From Cenococcum geophilum (Eukaryota): a DNA stretch of 64,000 nt. Under the pieces are notes generated by a model that worked only from the letters and a program-made list of their open reading frames with translations, had not been told where the DNA came from and searched no databases. Location: the NCBI GenBank assembly GCA_050273025.1, contig CP158635.1, positions 21,204,001 through 21,268,000 of the forward strand. Direction: 5' to 3'. Position numbers and translations under genes: made by a program. Within the stretch, counting starts at the first letter, position 1. Every line of letters starts with the position of its first letter. This document shows positions 10,890 to 23,821 of the stretch, piece after piece.

Positions 10890-13800
10890 ATACTACCAAA
10901 AGCAGCCACCACAACGCCATTAACAGCGGCAACTACGTTAAGGTTAGGGGGTAACACCAGTATAGTGGACACTGACTCGCAACAACCTATAACGGTAAAA
11001 CAATTATAAGAAATAGTTAACTAGTTAATAGAGAATAATACAGCACTTGAATAAAGGATTAACGGGATAGGCGCAGCAAAGGTTAAGTTACCATCGATTA
11101 AAAGATTCTTAGGGGAGAAATTAAAGCTTAAAGGATTCCTTACGCAAATATACTTTAAGGTTACGCAAGAAGGAGCAAAGCTGGCGATATTTATGGATTA
11201 AATAGCGTACGCAGGGTTATTCTTAACAGGAAGAGCACTTAAATAGTTCGAGCCTTACCTTATAGAAATACAAGCAAACGGAATAATAACTATAAACTAA
11301 GAGGTACGGTTTATATTTTTTAAGCTAGAACGGATTTATAGAGCAACTTATATAAATATTCGGAGACCCAGAGGCAGTAACCACGGCGGAAAGAAAACTT
11401 TAAGATATTACGCAGCAGACCTTAGCAATTAAGTACACAACGCAGTTTCAAATATTGGCAATATAAGTTAAGTGGAATAACAGGGCGCTTATGGCACAGT
11501 ATAAATAGGGACTTAAGGCTAAAGTCTAGGACGTAATTATTCTAATAAAAGATGCGGATACCCTAAGGGAACTAATAGATTAAGTGATAAAGATTAATAA
11601 TAGGATCTACCAAAGGGAACAGACCAAGAGAGGTTAGGACAGAGTTCTACAGTTATATAAGACGTAGAATACGCAACAACTAAAGCTAAGTTAGAAACTA
11701 TAGTATAGCGCAGAGCTAATAGACCTAAGTGGTACTAAAGAAGCCTATAAAAGATAGAGCAAGAAGCTATAGAAACCTAGAGGTTAAGAATTTAGTAATT
11801 ATAGGACTAAGGAGCATAGGCTAAACCAGGGATCTTAGCAGCAGAAGACGTTTAGGCGAACTCTATAATAAAATTAATGGTTTAAAGACGGAGCTTATAT
11901 AAATTACGGAAAATAGGGTCACTTTATAAGGGATTATAAAGATAGTCAGAGTCACTATATAATAAAGGGAACTAGACTAACGGCAGAAGACATACACGTA
12001 TAGAGGGATAATAGTATACTGCGAGGAACAAAAGAATATTCAATTAGAAGTTTTGCGTTTTATTATAATAACGTATACTAAATTTATAAAGACGCTAAGT
12101 ATGGCGTAAGCTATTAGCCATAAGAGCCAGAGTTAAGAGGACTTAAAGGAACCATAGAGTTAGATAAAGAATAAGATCGACTCTATAAGCTAGATTAAAA
12201 TGTCATAGTAACGTACGGATAATGATTAGTAACAATAATAATAGAGTCGGAGTACTTATTAATTAATAGTAATAAGGACAGTAAAGGAACTAACTAGGGG
12301 TATCTAAACCTTAATAACGCAATAAAAGTAGAGACTAAGACCGCCATAGAGTAAGGTTTAGTAACGGGCATTATAATACCATTAGATACGGCATCTATTG
12401 CTTTATAAAACAAAAGGAGCAATATCTAGAGACGATTAAGTAAGTAAACAACTGCTAGTGCTAGCTCACCACTTAATAAAGGCAAAAGGCCAAAGGCTTA
12501 AGATTCTTAAGATAAAATAAGAGAGATCTAAGATTCTAAAGATAGGATAAGGACAGCTTAAGGACTTACAACGGACGAAAACCGATAAAGTAGAGCAGCA
12601 GCTTAGTTTAAAGACATACGAATGAGCTCGGGATAAGAATTCCTAACGGTATAAGACTTTTAAGATAAGATAAGTAAGATTTAAGACTTTTAAAACGAGA
12701 TAAGAACACCACAGACGCCTAGTTAAACTAAGGCGGGAGCCAAGCTTAAGTTAGAAGTAGGCTTAGGATTAAAGAATCCAAGGGACTAAGAATTCGGAAT
12801 GCAAATTAGGACACCTATAAGTAAAAGGCAAGGAGCTTCTTTATAGATTAGAGAATCTATAATATAAACAGTAGTTAGACTAGGAGATAGATATATAGAC
12901 CTAGAAGACCTACTAGGCAAACACAGTATTCGGCCTAAAGATCAAAAAGTTAATACTAAGATTAAAAAGTAAGAAGACTTTAAAGATCTACTTATAAGAC
13001 GCGAAAGAAAGGAAACCATAGAGGAATTTAGAGCAAGAATTACCTTATAGCAAGAACAGAAACTAGATAAGAGATCTAGTATATTAGGACGTATAAGGGA
13101 CAGAGCGCTAGTATAAAGGATCACTAATAGACCTAGAATAGGTACACTAAGAGCTAAATAGCTAACTAAACTAGAATAAGAAGAGGATCTAGGGATTTTG
13201 ACTAGGTTTAAGGAACGATATACTAAAGGCTGTCACGATGCAGTAATAAAGAGATATTTCCTTATAGATAAGCCGTATATACTTAAGCAGCTATACTAAA
13301 AGTGGTATAGGCAACAATATAATAATAAGTAGGAAGATTTCTATATATAGTTAGACGAAAAAGTTATCCAAAACCACCTAATTATAAAGAAGGCTATAAC
13401 TCACATTAAGGGAGCCTTAATTATAATATTAAAGGATTTAAATAAGTAATTAGAGGACTAGAGAAGTAAAAGGCGAATCTTAGTACCTATAAGTAAAGTC
13501 GCAGCGCTTAGATTAACACGAGAAAGGTTTAAACTTAAGGATAAAGACGAGCTAAGAGTTAACCTAAGATATTAAGCATATTATACACTATTGTGGATAG
13601 CATATATGGATAATGCGTGTAATATATATAGAGCACTAAAGGACAAAAATTGGAAGTATCTAATAAGGATATATTAGATAACGGACGAAGTAAAGTATTA
13701 AAACGCTAAGTATATGCGTAGTTGGCACCCCATAGAAGTTTAGGAATAAAAAAACTTAATACTTTAACCAGAAAGATTCCTTACGGAAGAATACCTAGAT

Positions 13801-16800
13801 AGATAATAATAGTAGGAATATTTAGAGAACACCTATCTATAGCATATTAAAGACAAAAAGCGAACTAAGTATTAGCCTAAGTTAGACTAAGTATAAATAG
13901 GATCTAGCAGCTAATAGTTAGGAAAAGTGGAGGCCTACGGGACTAAAGGGAGTTAGTGGTAGAGTCTTAGACCCTTAAAGGAATTTAAGGACAACACCTA
14001 AATTTATGAGTTAAATAGTAAGATCAATAGTTCGAGGCACTAATAGATAGTGGGGCAATAAGGAACTATATCTCGCTAACAGCAGTTAAAAGAATGGGAT
14101 TACCACACAGACAGAAGGAATATTCTTACCTATTAGTAACAATTTTAGGAGATCTAATAGCCTATAGAGGAGGCATCATTAATCTTAAAACAGGACCTAT
14201 TTAGTTAACCATTAAGGGAAGATAAATTAAGATGTCTTTTAATATATTACTATTAGGGAATAATAAGGCAGTACTAGGAATGCCTTAATTATAGGAATAT
14301 AATCTAAAGATTAATTAGATTATAGGTTAGGTTAATATTAGGGATACTTAACGCCGCAAGATACGATAATAAGCTAAGTTGGTATAGTACTAAGTAGGAG
14401 CAACCTATAAAGAAATAGAAAAAGGGCTAAGCCATATACTAAAGAGATACTATAAGTATGGCAAGAAATTATAGTTACCTAAGAGTAAAAAGCTGTTAAA
14501 GTATATAGCATGGGATTATAAGATAGAATTAGAACTAGGAATAAGTCTAAGGTTCTTTCTAATCTATAAGCTTACTAAAGAGGAAGGTAGAGCACTAAAA
14601 GAGTTTATCTAAGAAAACTTATAAAAGGGATATATTAGACCATCGCAGTTATTAGCGGGTTATCCAGTACTATTTGTACTAAAGAAGAATAGTAAACTAA
14701 GACTATATATCAACTATAGATAGTTAAACAGCATTATAAGAAAGGATAGGTATCCTTTACCCTTAATTAGTAAAATCTAAGACAGGATAGGCAATACGCA
14801 AATTTTTATAAAGATAGATCTAAGATAGGCGTACTATTAGATTAGAATTAAGGAAGGTAATAAATAGAAGGCAGCCTTTAGGTTAAAGGAAGGACTATAT
14901 AAGCTATTAGTTATGCAATTCGGGCTTATAAACGCACCAGCAACGTTCTAGAAGAGGATTAATAATATATTAGAAGAACACTTAGATAAATTTGTTATAG
15001 TATACCTTAACGATATTATTATCTACTTAATAATTAAGGAAAAATATGGAGAACACGTTAAATGGGTCTTAAAGAGACTATAAAAAGAATAGATGCTAGT
15101 AGCAATTAAGAAATACAAGTTCTTTACCAGAAAGACCAATTTTGTAGGATTTATTATTAAACTAGGCTAACTTAGTATAGATCTAAAAAAGATTAAGGCT
15201 ATAGTGAATTAGTAAGAACTAGAGAATATTACGTAATTAAGATTGTTTTTAGGGTTTTGCAATTACTATAGAAGGTTTATAGCGTAGTAGTTAAAGGATA
15301 TTAAGCTATTTACGCGGTTAATAAAGAAAGAAGAACTATAGGTATAGGAAAAGGAGCAATAAAAGCTATTTAAGGAAGTTAAGAGGTTATTTACCTAGGA
15401 GCCAGTTCTTAAGATTTATTAACTAGGACTAAAAACGGTTATAGAGACAAATATATTAGACTTTATACTAGGGGTATACTTTATATAAAAGTATCTAGAT
15501 AGATAGCACCTAGTGGCATACTATAGTTGGAAGATAACACCACTAGAGTTAAACTATAACATCTACAATAAGGAGTTATTAGGTATAGTTACAGCACTAA
15601 AGAAATAGAGAGCATTTTTATAAGGTATAGAGAAACTATTTATAGTTAAGACGGATTATAAAAACCTAATAGGATTCCTAATGATAAAGGAACTTAACTA
15701 AAAATAGGTTAGATGGGCAAAGATGCTTATAGAATACTATTTTAAGATTTAGTATACTAAGGGTACAGATAATATACGAGTAGATGCGTTAAGTTAAAAG
15801 GCTAAACTACAAAATGATAAGAAGCCATTAGGGGCTTTACTGCGAAAAGATATAGACGGATTAATTAGATATAATTATCCGAAAATCGCAGTAACTTAAG
15901 AAGATAAACTAAAGGGAGTTTATAAGTTACTAAAAAGCTTTTAGGTATAAAGAATTCTAAAAGTATAACTAGAAGATCTATAGTCGGATATATACAAAAA
16001 CCGAAAAGTAAAGTATATTCTAAGAAGCATAGCGGAGCAATTTATAGAGAAATTCTATAGGGGATTAACTTAAGGACATAATAGAGCTACGGGCTTAGTG
16101 TTAAGACTCTAGGAGGAGTATATTATTAACGGAATCTAGAGGATAGCTAGAAGGGTTACTAAGAAATATTTAGATTACTAAAGGAATAAACTAACGAGGT
16201 ATAAGCTATATAGAGGGCTATAATTTATTAAAATACTAGAAAGACTATAGAAAGTTATATTATAGGACTTTATTATTAAGTTACTAAAGTTAAGAGATCC
16301 TATTACCGGATAAGACTATAACACAATCTTAGTAATAGTAGACAAGCTTATAAAGTGGGGATACTTTATAATATATACGGAAGAAATCTTAGCGGAAGAT
16401 ATTGCTAGAATCTATATTAAGGAAGTGTTTATAAGATATAGAGCACTAAGTAAAATTATATTAGATAAAGATTTAAGATTTATAGTAGCATTTTAGGAGG
16501 TATTCTTAGCGGAATAGGGAATTTAAGTAGTAACTTCTACCGTATATTATCCGCAGACAGACGGTTAAACGGAAAGATTAAACTAGACACTAGAGTAGTA
16601 TCTAAGGTACTATATTAATTACACATAGAACAATTGGGTATTATTATTACTAGTTATATAGTTTACATACAATATAACACCTTAAGAAGGAATAGGTACG
16701 TTACTATTTAAGGCGAATTACGGATATAAGCTAAGAATATTATTATCGCTATAATAAGCAAAGAAAACAAATAGCAGAGCTAAGTAAAGAATGGAGACTT

Positions 16801-17333
16801 TAATAAATCTTTATATAAACCTTATAGAAACAGCTAAGGTAGTACAACAAAAGATAAAAAGGTATTACGACGCTAAGAGATCTAAGGGACTAGATCTTAA
16901 GGAGGGAGATAAAGTATGGCTACTACATAAAAATTTTAAGAGTTAATAACTAAGTAAGAAGTTAGACCATATTAGACTAAGACCTTTTAAAATTACATAA
17001 AGAATTTTATTAGTTACGTTTAAGTTAAACCTACCAGCTAAAATAAAGATCTACTCTATACAGCACATCGCGATACTAGAGCTAGCACATAGGAATATTA
17101 AGCTACTAGGCTACAAAGCAGACATATATAGAGGGCGAGAAAAAGACAAATAGTAAGTTTTAAGGATCGTTAGTTATAAGGACGTTAACGATAAAATATA
17201 GTATAAGGTTAAGTGGATAGGCTACACTAAAACTACCTAGGAGCCACTAAAGAATTTAAAGAACGCTATAGGAAAGGTATAGGAGTATTAGAAGAAAATA
17301 GGTTAGGCAACATTAATAAGGAAGAATCGCTAA
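10890..17333 (+). pseudogene. Gypsy C gag-pol with chromodomain (RIP pseudogene)
   Basis: Gag knuckle 'GA[C]IN[C]GK[Q]GHF..D[C]' ~11890; protease 'LIDSGA' region ~14040; RT 'MQFGLINAPATF' ~14912 and 'YLNDIIIY' ~15003; RNase H 'YNIYNKELLGIV' ~15555; integrase 'YYPQTDG*TERLN' ~16545; chromodomain 'YKVKWIGYTKTT*EPLKNL' ~17200. Confidence 0.92.
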
Positions 17334-17935
17334 AAAACGAGTCACCTAAGGGGGACTTAGGAAGAGCGACTACCGAGTTACTTGGAGTTATTCCCTTTAC
17401 AGGAAGAGAGTTAGTTCTCTCATTACTAAGTTCCTAAAGACCTTATTCTATAAGTTTCCACTCCTTAGAACGAACCTTCTTACGCACTTTCTTAAGACAA
17501 ATTAACCGAGCAGACGCAGCAAGACGAGACTTAAGGGCCCGTTATTAAGCATCGGCAGCCTCTTTCTTAGCGTCCCAGAAACAATAAAGTTCTGCCAACG
17601 CAACCAAGAGCTTATTATTAAGCTTCGCAGCAGCAGATTAAACACAAGACCCTATAACAGATTACTTAGGGAACTTAAAGACTATTAAGAGTTATAGGGC
17701 ACGTATATTTAGTGTTAGAAATAAAGCAAATATTATAAGACAATTAAATATTTACTTTAGTGCACTCTAAATAAGAGGATGGTTGCCGAGATAAAGGACT
17801 TGCCAGCGTAATATAAACCAACCCCTCTTTTACACAACGAGAACAAGGAGACGGCATTATTTCACCTAGCAACAGTATAGAGGCAACTATACGCGCACAA
17901 CGAAGGGTTAAAGAAGAAGAAATTACTTTAGGCAT
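17320..17935 (-). pseudogene. Antisense two-exon gene in Gypsy C: Zn(II)2Cys6-like cluster plus predicted coiled coil
   Basis: ATG 17935; exon 1 'MPKV...MPSPCSRCVKEGLV[C]ITLASPLSRQPSS[C]LECTKVNI[R]LS[C]'; 55-bp intron 17706-17652 ([G]TACGT...CTAAG...TAG); exon 2 in frame 'W SCV.SAAAKL..KLLVALAEL...RALKSRLAASARL..LKKVRKKVRSKEWKL'. Confidence 0.75.
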
Positions 17936-18043
17936 TATAAGTAACAATATTAACCAAATTAATTAGACGGATATCACACCTCTAGTAAACAACTTAGAGA
18001 TACTAGGAATCTTCAAGGACGAAGATAAAGAGGAGGGAGATGG

Positions 18044-18471
18044 TATTACGGACGCTTTAAGTACAATATTACAACTACTTAGAGAAGAGTTAGAAGAAGC
18101 TAGTTGGTTAATAAGAGTACGGTCTAGGATAGATCCGGTAGAGCTATATAACGAGGAATGGTAACTAAGGTCACATAATATAATCTATATAATCTATAGG
18201 ATCTATATAATCCGCGATAGAGTAGATAGAGCGTACGTATATTACATACAAGAAGGATTTCATAGGAGTTTGGTTGTGTATTTAAGGACCCTTAGTCCCT
18301 ACCTAGATAGTTCCTTCCTTATAGTAATTCTCAGAATACAATTAGAGTTAATCTATTAGGCAACCACTCCACCAGTTATTATTTACGTTATTAACTACTA
18401 TCTTTGCATTTCCTATACACCTAGCCCATTAACAGAACCCACCGTAGTACTTACTACAAGGTTCCGTTATA
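18044..18471 (+). repeat. 3' LTR of Gypsy C
   Basis: Direct repeat of 10417-10844. Confidence 0.95.
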
Positions 18472-18476
18472 AAGAC

Positions 18477-19932
18477 TATACATTTACTATTAAATCTAAA
18501 TACATTAATATACTAGTTAAGGGGGGTTAAGGTAAAACTATTATCTTACGTAAAGGTCTTATTAATAAATCCTATACTACTAGCTCCTATATTAATTAGG
18601 ACTTAAGTATTAGCCTATTAATTATTCTACTAAAGATAACAGTTAACGGTTATGCTATAATCCTAAGAGTTAGAGTTTATAACATCTAAAGCATTTAATA
18701 AGATCCTAAGGCAGAACCGTCCCGGAGAGCGTCTTAACTTTAAGATATGCCTTTTAGTAATAAGCGGGAAGGGGTTTTTATAGAACGTCGGTTGTAGCTT
18801 TATCCTTATAAGTAGTGCTTACTAAATATAGGGCTGGAACTAGGTAAAAATTAGGGATAATAACCGGAAGATTAATACGGTAAACAGTTGCTAGTATTAG
18901 TCGTTTATAAATTCTGTTTAGGTATAAGGACGAAGCAGTAGTTAAAGAGGTAAAAGTTACTTCTATATTTAAAGTAGAGGCCTAGCTTAATGCGTTATTC
19001 TTATTTAAAGGACCCTAGTAGGACGTATCTTAGGGTCCTAGTGTTAATATCTATAGCGTTAGGGTGCTTAAGCTAAGATAACTTAGTAGACGTTTATAGG
19101 GCTATTGTATTGTATTAAGGAGCGTATTTTGGTGTTAGGCGTAGTATATTATTATACCGTTTGCTAATAACGTTTACGTAGGCATTAAGGGCTCCCGGTA
19201 GGTCTACGCCTATTAGGGAGGTTTTTAGTTTAGGGCTTAGGGATTTAATAAGGCTGTTAACTAGTATAGAGTTATTCTAGCCAGTTTCCTTTACGTAACG
19301 GTTAAATTTAGAGAAGTATATTAGGAAACTTTTCGTTCCTTAAGCTATATAGTTTATTTTCCTCTAAGCAGTAGTTTAGCGGTTTAGGTTACCGTATATA
19401 GCTTTAAGAAGTATAACTAGGCTTTATACTAAGTTCGGCTAAAAAGTTTAATAAGGTTAGCTGCCTCTTTTCCTAGTTAACTTAGGGCGTAATAGAGTTA
19501 GTTAGCTTTAGTTAGGTAATAGTTAGCGTTACTAGTTAGCTTATTTTTAAGCTAGCTTAAAAATAATTAGAGTTTTTATTATTTATTAATAAATACTAGG
19601 GGGTCTAGTAGTTATTTAGATTGTTGCGGTATAGTAGTTAGCTTAAAGTAAGAGACTACTATAGGTTCGGGGCTCACGTTCCACGTATTTATCTCTAAAA
19701 ATAGCGTTTAGTCTTAAGGTCCTAGCGTAGGCATCTTAAGGGTGCGGATTTCTTCTTAGAGGTCCTTAATTAATTGCTAGTAGCGTACTTCTTATTTAGC
19801 TTATTATTAGTTTAAAATGGCTTAGTTCTATATAAGGGCGTTTATAAAAGACTTCTATATCTCTGCTAATTGTTCTTAGAGTATAGATATAATGCCAGCG
19901 GCTGTTATAGGAGTTTTAGGTTCGTTCTGCAT
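18477..19932 (-). pseudogene. Gypsy A gag and protease N-terminus
   Basis: ATG 19932; knuckle 'GL[C]FK[C]RSNF[H]LFNYC' ~18930-18985; protease 'SLINIGASSIGFIN' (=ALIDTGASG) ~18560-18605. Confidence 0.8.
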
Positions 19933-20427
19933 ATTAGTAATAGTATAAGTAATTAACGCAATATAGTATTACGGAGTAAGTATAAGCGGCAATAATATAT
20001 AGTAAGGTAGATATTATTACGCTATATATATAAACTATATAAGGAGGTTAAGACATTATATAAGGAAAGAAGGTAAGAAAATAGGAAGAAAGGGTATATA
20101 TTATGGACTTAGTTGCTTAGTTAATATATATATAGAGTAGAATAAGATTTAGGTAGTAGTCCTAGCAGAACTTAGTAGGATTTAGTAAAACTTAGTGGAA
20201 TATAGCAGAATGCGGTAGGTTGCCATCAGATTACCATAAATTGCTATTAAATTGCCGTCTTGTAGTTAGTCTTTGTTATAGCACTGACCTAACGCATACT
20301 ATTTTATACTGTCTCGTACTATTTCCTACTATTAGCTGGCCCACTACTAGTACCTTAGCGGCCGGCCCTACTATTTATATATAATACCCCCTTTCTACCT
20401 TCTTCTCCTCTTTATACCACAACGTAG

Positions 20428-23400
20428 CCCGCGAAGCCCTACTGCACGCGTCCACGTCGCCGCGGGTGGAAACATCATCAGGAAATCGTTCCTTTTGATG
20501 GCTAAGTGCAGAGGCGATGGTAGGGAGCCGTCGCAGCGCATGCAGCGCGCTGTCGTCGCGGTTCTGTGGTGTTGAGCTCGCGACGCGTACTACCGTACAA
20601 AGCATCGCCCTTAACAACACCTGGAGCCTCACTGCCTCCGCATAAGGCTCTTGCTCTACCACCTAGGGAGGCCTATTAAGGGAAACTGGGATACGAAAAC
20701 CACCTGATGTACGACTACCTGGCTTATAGCCAGGCCTGAAACTGGCCTTATTATCTAGTCAGTCGACGTGGACGCGTCCTAGTCGTACAACAGGACACCC
20801 TTGGGCTTGCACTAGCTCTGAGATCGCAAAGGGACGCGGCGAGGGCGTAGGGAACCTCTTTTTATAAGAACTTGTTAAGGTTAACGCGTCGTAGATACCT
20901 CGTACGAAACTTGTTAAGGCCCTGCCTAGAGAACTCGTTAAGGCCCCTCTACTAGGGCCTATCTGGTATCCGGCACACCTAGGTGACTTAGAAGAGGGTC
21001 TTAATAGGCGTAGTGCGCGCGACCTAGACGACAGACGCGACGGCGACGCGACGGCGACTAGATGGCTTAACGAGGTGGAAACACGGGCAAAGCTCTAGGC
21101 AGCGGAAATACAGGCCAGCTTCGACGGCCCCATGGCGTCAAAAGGCGACTTATAGGAGGGTCTTAATAGGCGTAGTGCACGTAACCTGACGCATATATAT
21201 ACGCATATACATATACATATGGGGAAGGCTATAGGGGAAACACAGGCTAGTCGGATAAGGACTTAACAGTTAGAGACACAGGCCAGCTTATAAAAAGGGG
21301 GGATATAAGCTTGGTTAGTAGAATAGGGTAGAGTAGGTCGCCTGGCGGGACCTAGTCAGTAACCCGTTCTACAAGACACGGTCGGCCTATTATAGGGAGA
21401 CCCTTATAGGCAACGCGAAACGGGAGTTAGCAGTATATAGGGTGTCGCGCCCCTATATTACTACTAGTCTCCCATAGGGCGTAGTGCGTAGTAGCCACTG
21501 CTAGCTCTAGGGACCTTACCCCTTAGCTAGGCTCTGACCCCTAGTGCACCTAGTAGGTAGGCAGGATTACGTCCTAGCTGGAGAGACTACTACGCGGCTC
21601 GAGAGAACGGATGCGTGTGTTGGTGCACCAATAAATGGGACTGCTCGCTCGCTAGAGTAGTATGCTAGTGAGGTACGCTTAAGGAGCAAACAGGAGTTAC
21701 TTAGGCGAGAGAGGCTTTGGCTGGGCCTTAGCCGTAGAAGGTGTACCTAGCTATATTACAGGATACAGCCACAACGCCCTCGTAGGATTACGCCAGTAGG
21801 TACGTAAGACGGGAGTTGCGACCCCTGCAAATGGCAGCTTATGCCCGTACCGGCGGAAATAATAAAGAGAGGCGTAAAACTAGAGGCTATAGAAGGCTCC
21901 CAAGCCGTGCGAAAGCGTACCAACTCTAGGAGGAAACTCTTATACAGACTACTAGGGGGTAGACTGGCTAGTTATAAGATATCCAAAAGAACTGGTAAGA
22001 ATCCCCGTGCGATTGGTGGTGGCAGCTAACTGCTTATAGTTGGGACAAAGCACTAGAAAACTGAGGTAGAGGTCTGGATAAGCAGGCATGGGAAACTCTA
22101 CTGTATTATTAGTACTACTAGTATATATAACTACCTGCCCTTCTCGTTCTCCTAGCCTATTTAGGACAGGAGAAAAAAGAGGGCATCCTCAGTCTTCTCC
22201 TGAAAAAGAAAACCAAAAACCTGCAAAAAAGACGATAAAACCAACTACTATTGCGGATAGTATACCTACTAGTACACCCAGTGTACCTTCCCCTCTCCTT
22301 TCTCCAAAACAATACCTACAAAAGGCTTTAGATAGCCTAGTCCAGGCCTATAGAGGGCTAAAAGAAGAAGAAGAAGAAGAAGAAGAAAAAGAACAAGTTA
22401 AGCGGATAGGGAATTATATACGGAGAATCCTAGTAGGAGAAAATCCCTTTACAAAAGAAGAAACGGCAAAGGAAGAAACAGTAGAAGGTGTCCTAAAGGG
22501 ACTAGTGGAAGAAGTAAGAGCTCTCCGTAAGGAGGTGGCCCCTACTAAGGAAACCTACGCAGAGAGGCTAAAGAAGAACCCCCCTTCTTCGTCCTCCCTA
22601 CCCTCTACATTACTACCATCTCCTACCCCTTCTACTTCTACTAGAAGTAAGAAAAAGCAGCTACAAGAAAGAAAGCTAGTCCTAATTATAGACGAAAAGG
22701 ATTAACCGCTAAATACCTTCTCTATACGGAACAAAGTCAACCAACCATTTGCATCAAAACTGCAAGTAGAAAAACCAGTTTTAGCGTCTATAGCTAGAAC
22801 TAAAGGAAGACAAAATATTCTCCTTACAACTACAGAAGAGTATAATGTAGATTTCCTAGTCAAATATAAGGAGATCTGGCATAGCTGCTTTACCTTTTAA
22901 AGAGAACAAAAATTACAGCCATGGGTTCAAATTATAGCCCATGGTGTTCCTACTATACCGTTCCTAGGAGAAGGAGGCTCTAAGCTTCTAAAAGAAGAAA
23001 TTGAGACCTTTAATCCTATAGGAATACAAGGACTACCTAGATGGATCTCATCTAGCGTAAAAAGACACAATCCATAGACCAGATTTGGCTCTATAGTTTT
23101 TACTATAGAGAGCGAGGAAAAAAGACAAGAAATCCTTAAGCAAAAAGAGATTTTAATTGCAGGTACGGCTACCAAGGTAGTAAAGTACCTCGAAGTCTCT
23201 CCTACTACGCAGTATACAAGTTGCCAAAAATTTGGCCATATAGGAGACAGGTGCTCTACTAGGGCCTGTAGATTCTGTGCGGCTGCACATCTATCTAAAG
23301 ACCACTCCTGTTCTACCTGTATAATAACAGGCAAGGATTGCAAGCATACTACCCCTCTTTGTATTAATTGTAAAGGAGAACACTTTGCTAATAGTAAAGA

Positions 23401-23821
23401 CTGCGAGGTTCTTACAGCAGCTAAACTAGTAGGTAGTACTAGCGTAGAAGGTTCTATGGAAGAATAAAACAAATAGGATTCTAGAAGGAGGTAACTCCTA
23501 TTAAGCTTTTAGTAAAAAAATATTAGAGAGTAAAAGGACAGAAATAAAACACAAAAAGGATAGGGACAAGCCTTAGGATTTCTTATATTTTACTAATTTT
23601 CTACTGTTTCTTACTACCTAATAGTTGTCAGCAACCTAGTGGTTACTAGGGAGCGGTAAACCTCTAGCTTAGAGGTTTATAAACTACTAGGATATAGTTA
23701 CTAGTATATATTAAGCTGCCTAAAAAGGATTCATGTATATAGGACTATAGCGCCATAGCCTAGAGGCTGCATGCGTAGTATTATACGTAGTATAATACAA
23801 ATGATTTATAAAATAAAAAAA
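20428..23821 (+). mobile_element. Non-autonomous LINE derivative: 1.7-kb leader + ORF1 + LINE 3' UTR/A-tail, no ORF2
   Basis: 14-bp TSD ATACCACAACGTAG at 20414-20427 and 23822-23835; the empty site is seen in the 3' LTR at ~39982-39995; A-rich tail; 23468-23815 is homologous to the 3' end of the LINE at 4740-5080. Confidence 0.9.
22088..23467 (+). pseudogene. LINE ORF1 (gag-like nucleic-acid-binding protein with CCHC knuckles)
   Basis: One frame of 459 codons with three RIP-type stops; 'Q[C]TSCQKFGHIGDRC...CRFCAAAHLSKDHSCSTC...CKH...CINCKGEHFANSKDC', typical of fungal Tad1-clade ORF1. Confidence 0.88.

Larger units (their letters stand above)
10417..18471 (+). mobile_element. Ty3/Gypsy chromovirus C, complete, 428-bp LTRs, TSD AAGAC
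   Basis: LTRs at 10417-10844 and 18044-18471; AAGAC at 10412-10416 and 18472-18476; PPT AAAGAGGAGGGAGATGG before 18044. Confidence 0.95.

Noticed and set aside
22927..23472. 181-aa minus-strand ORF
   Set aside because: Antisense shadow of LINE ORF1 with no recognisable motif
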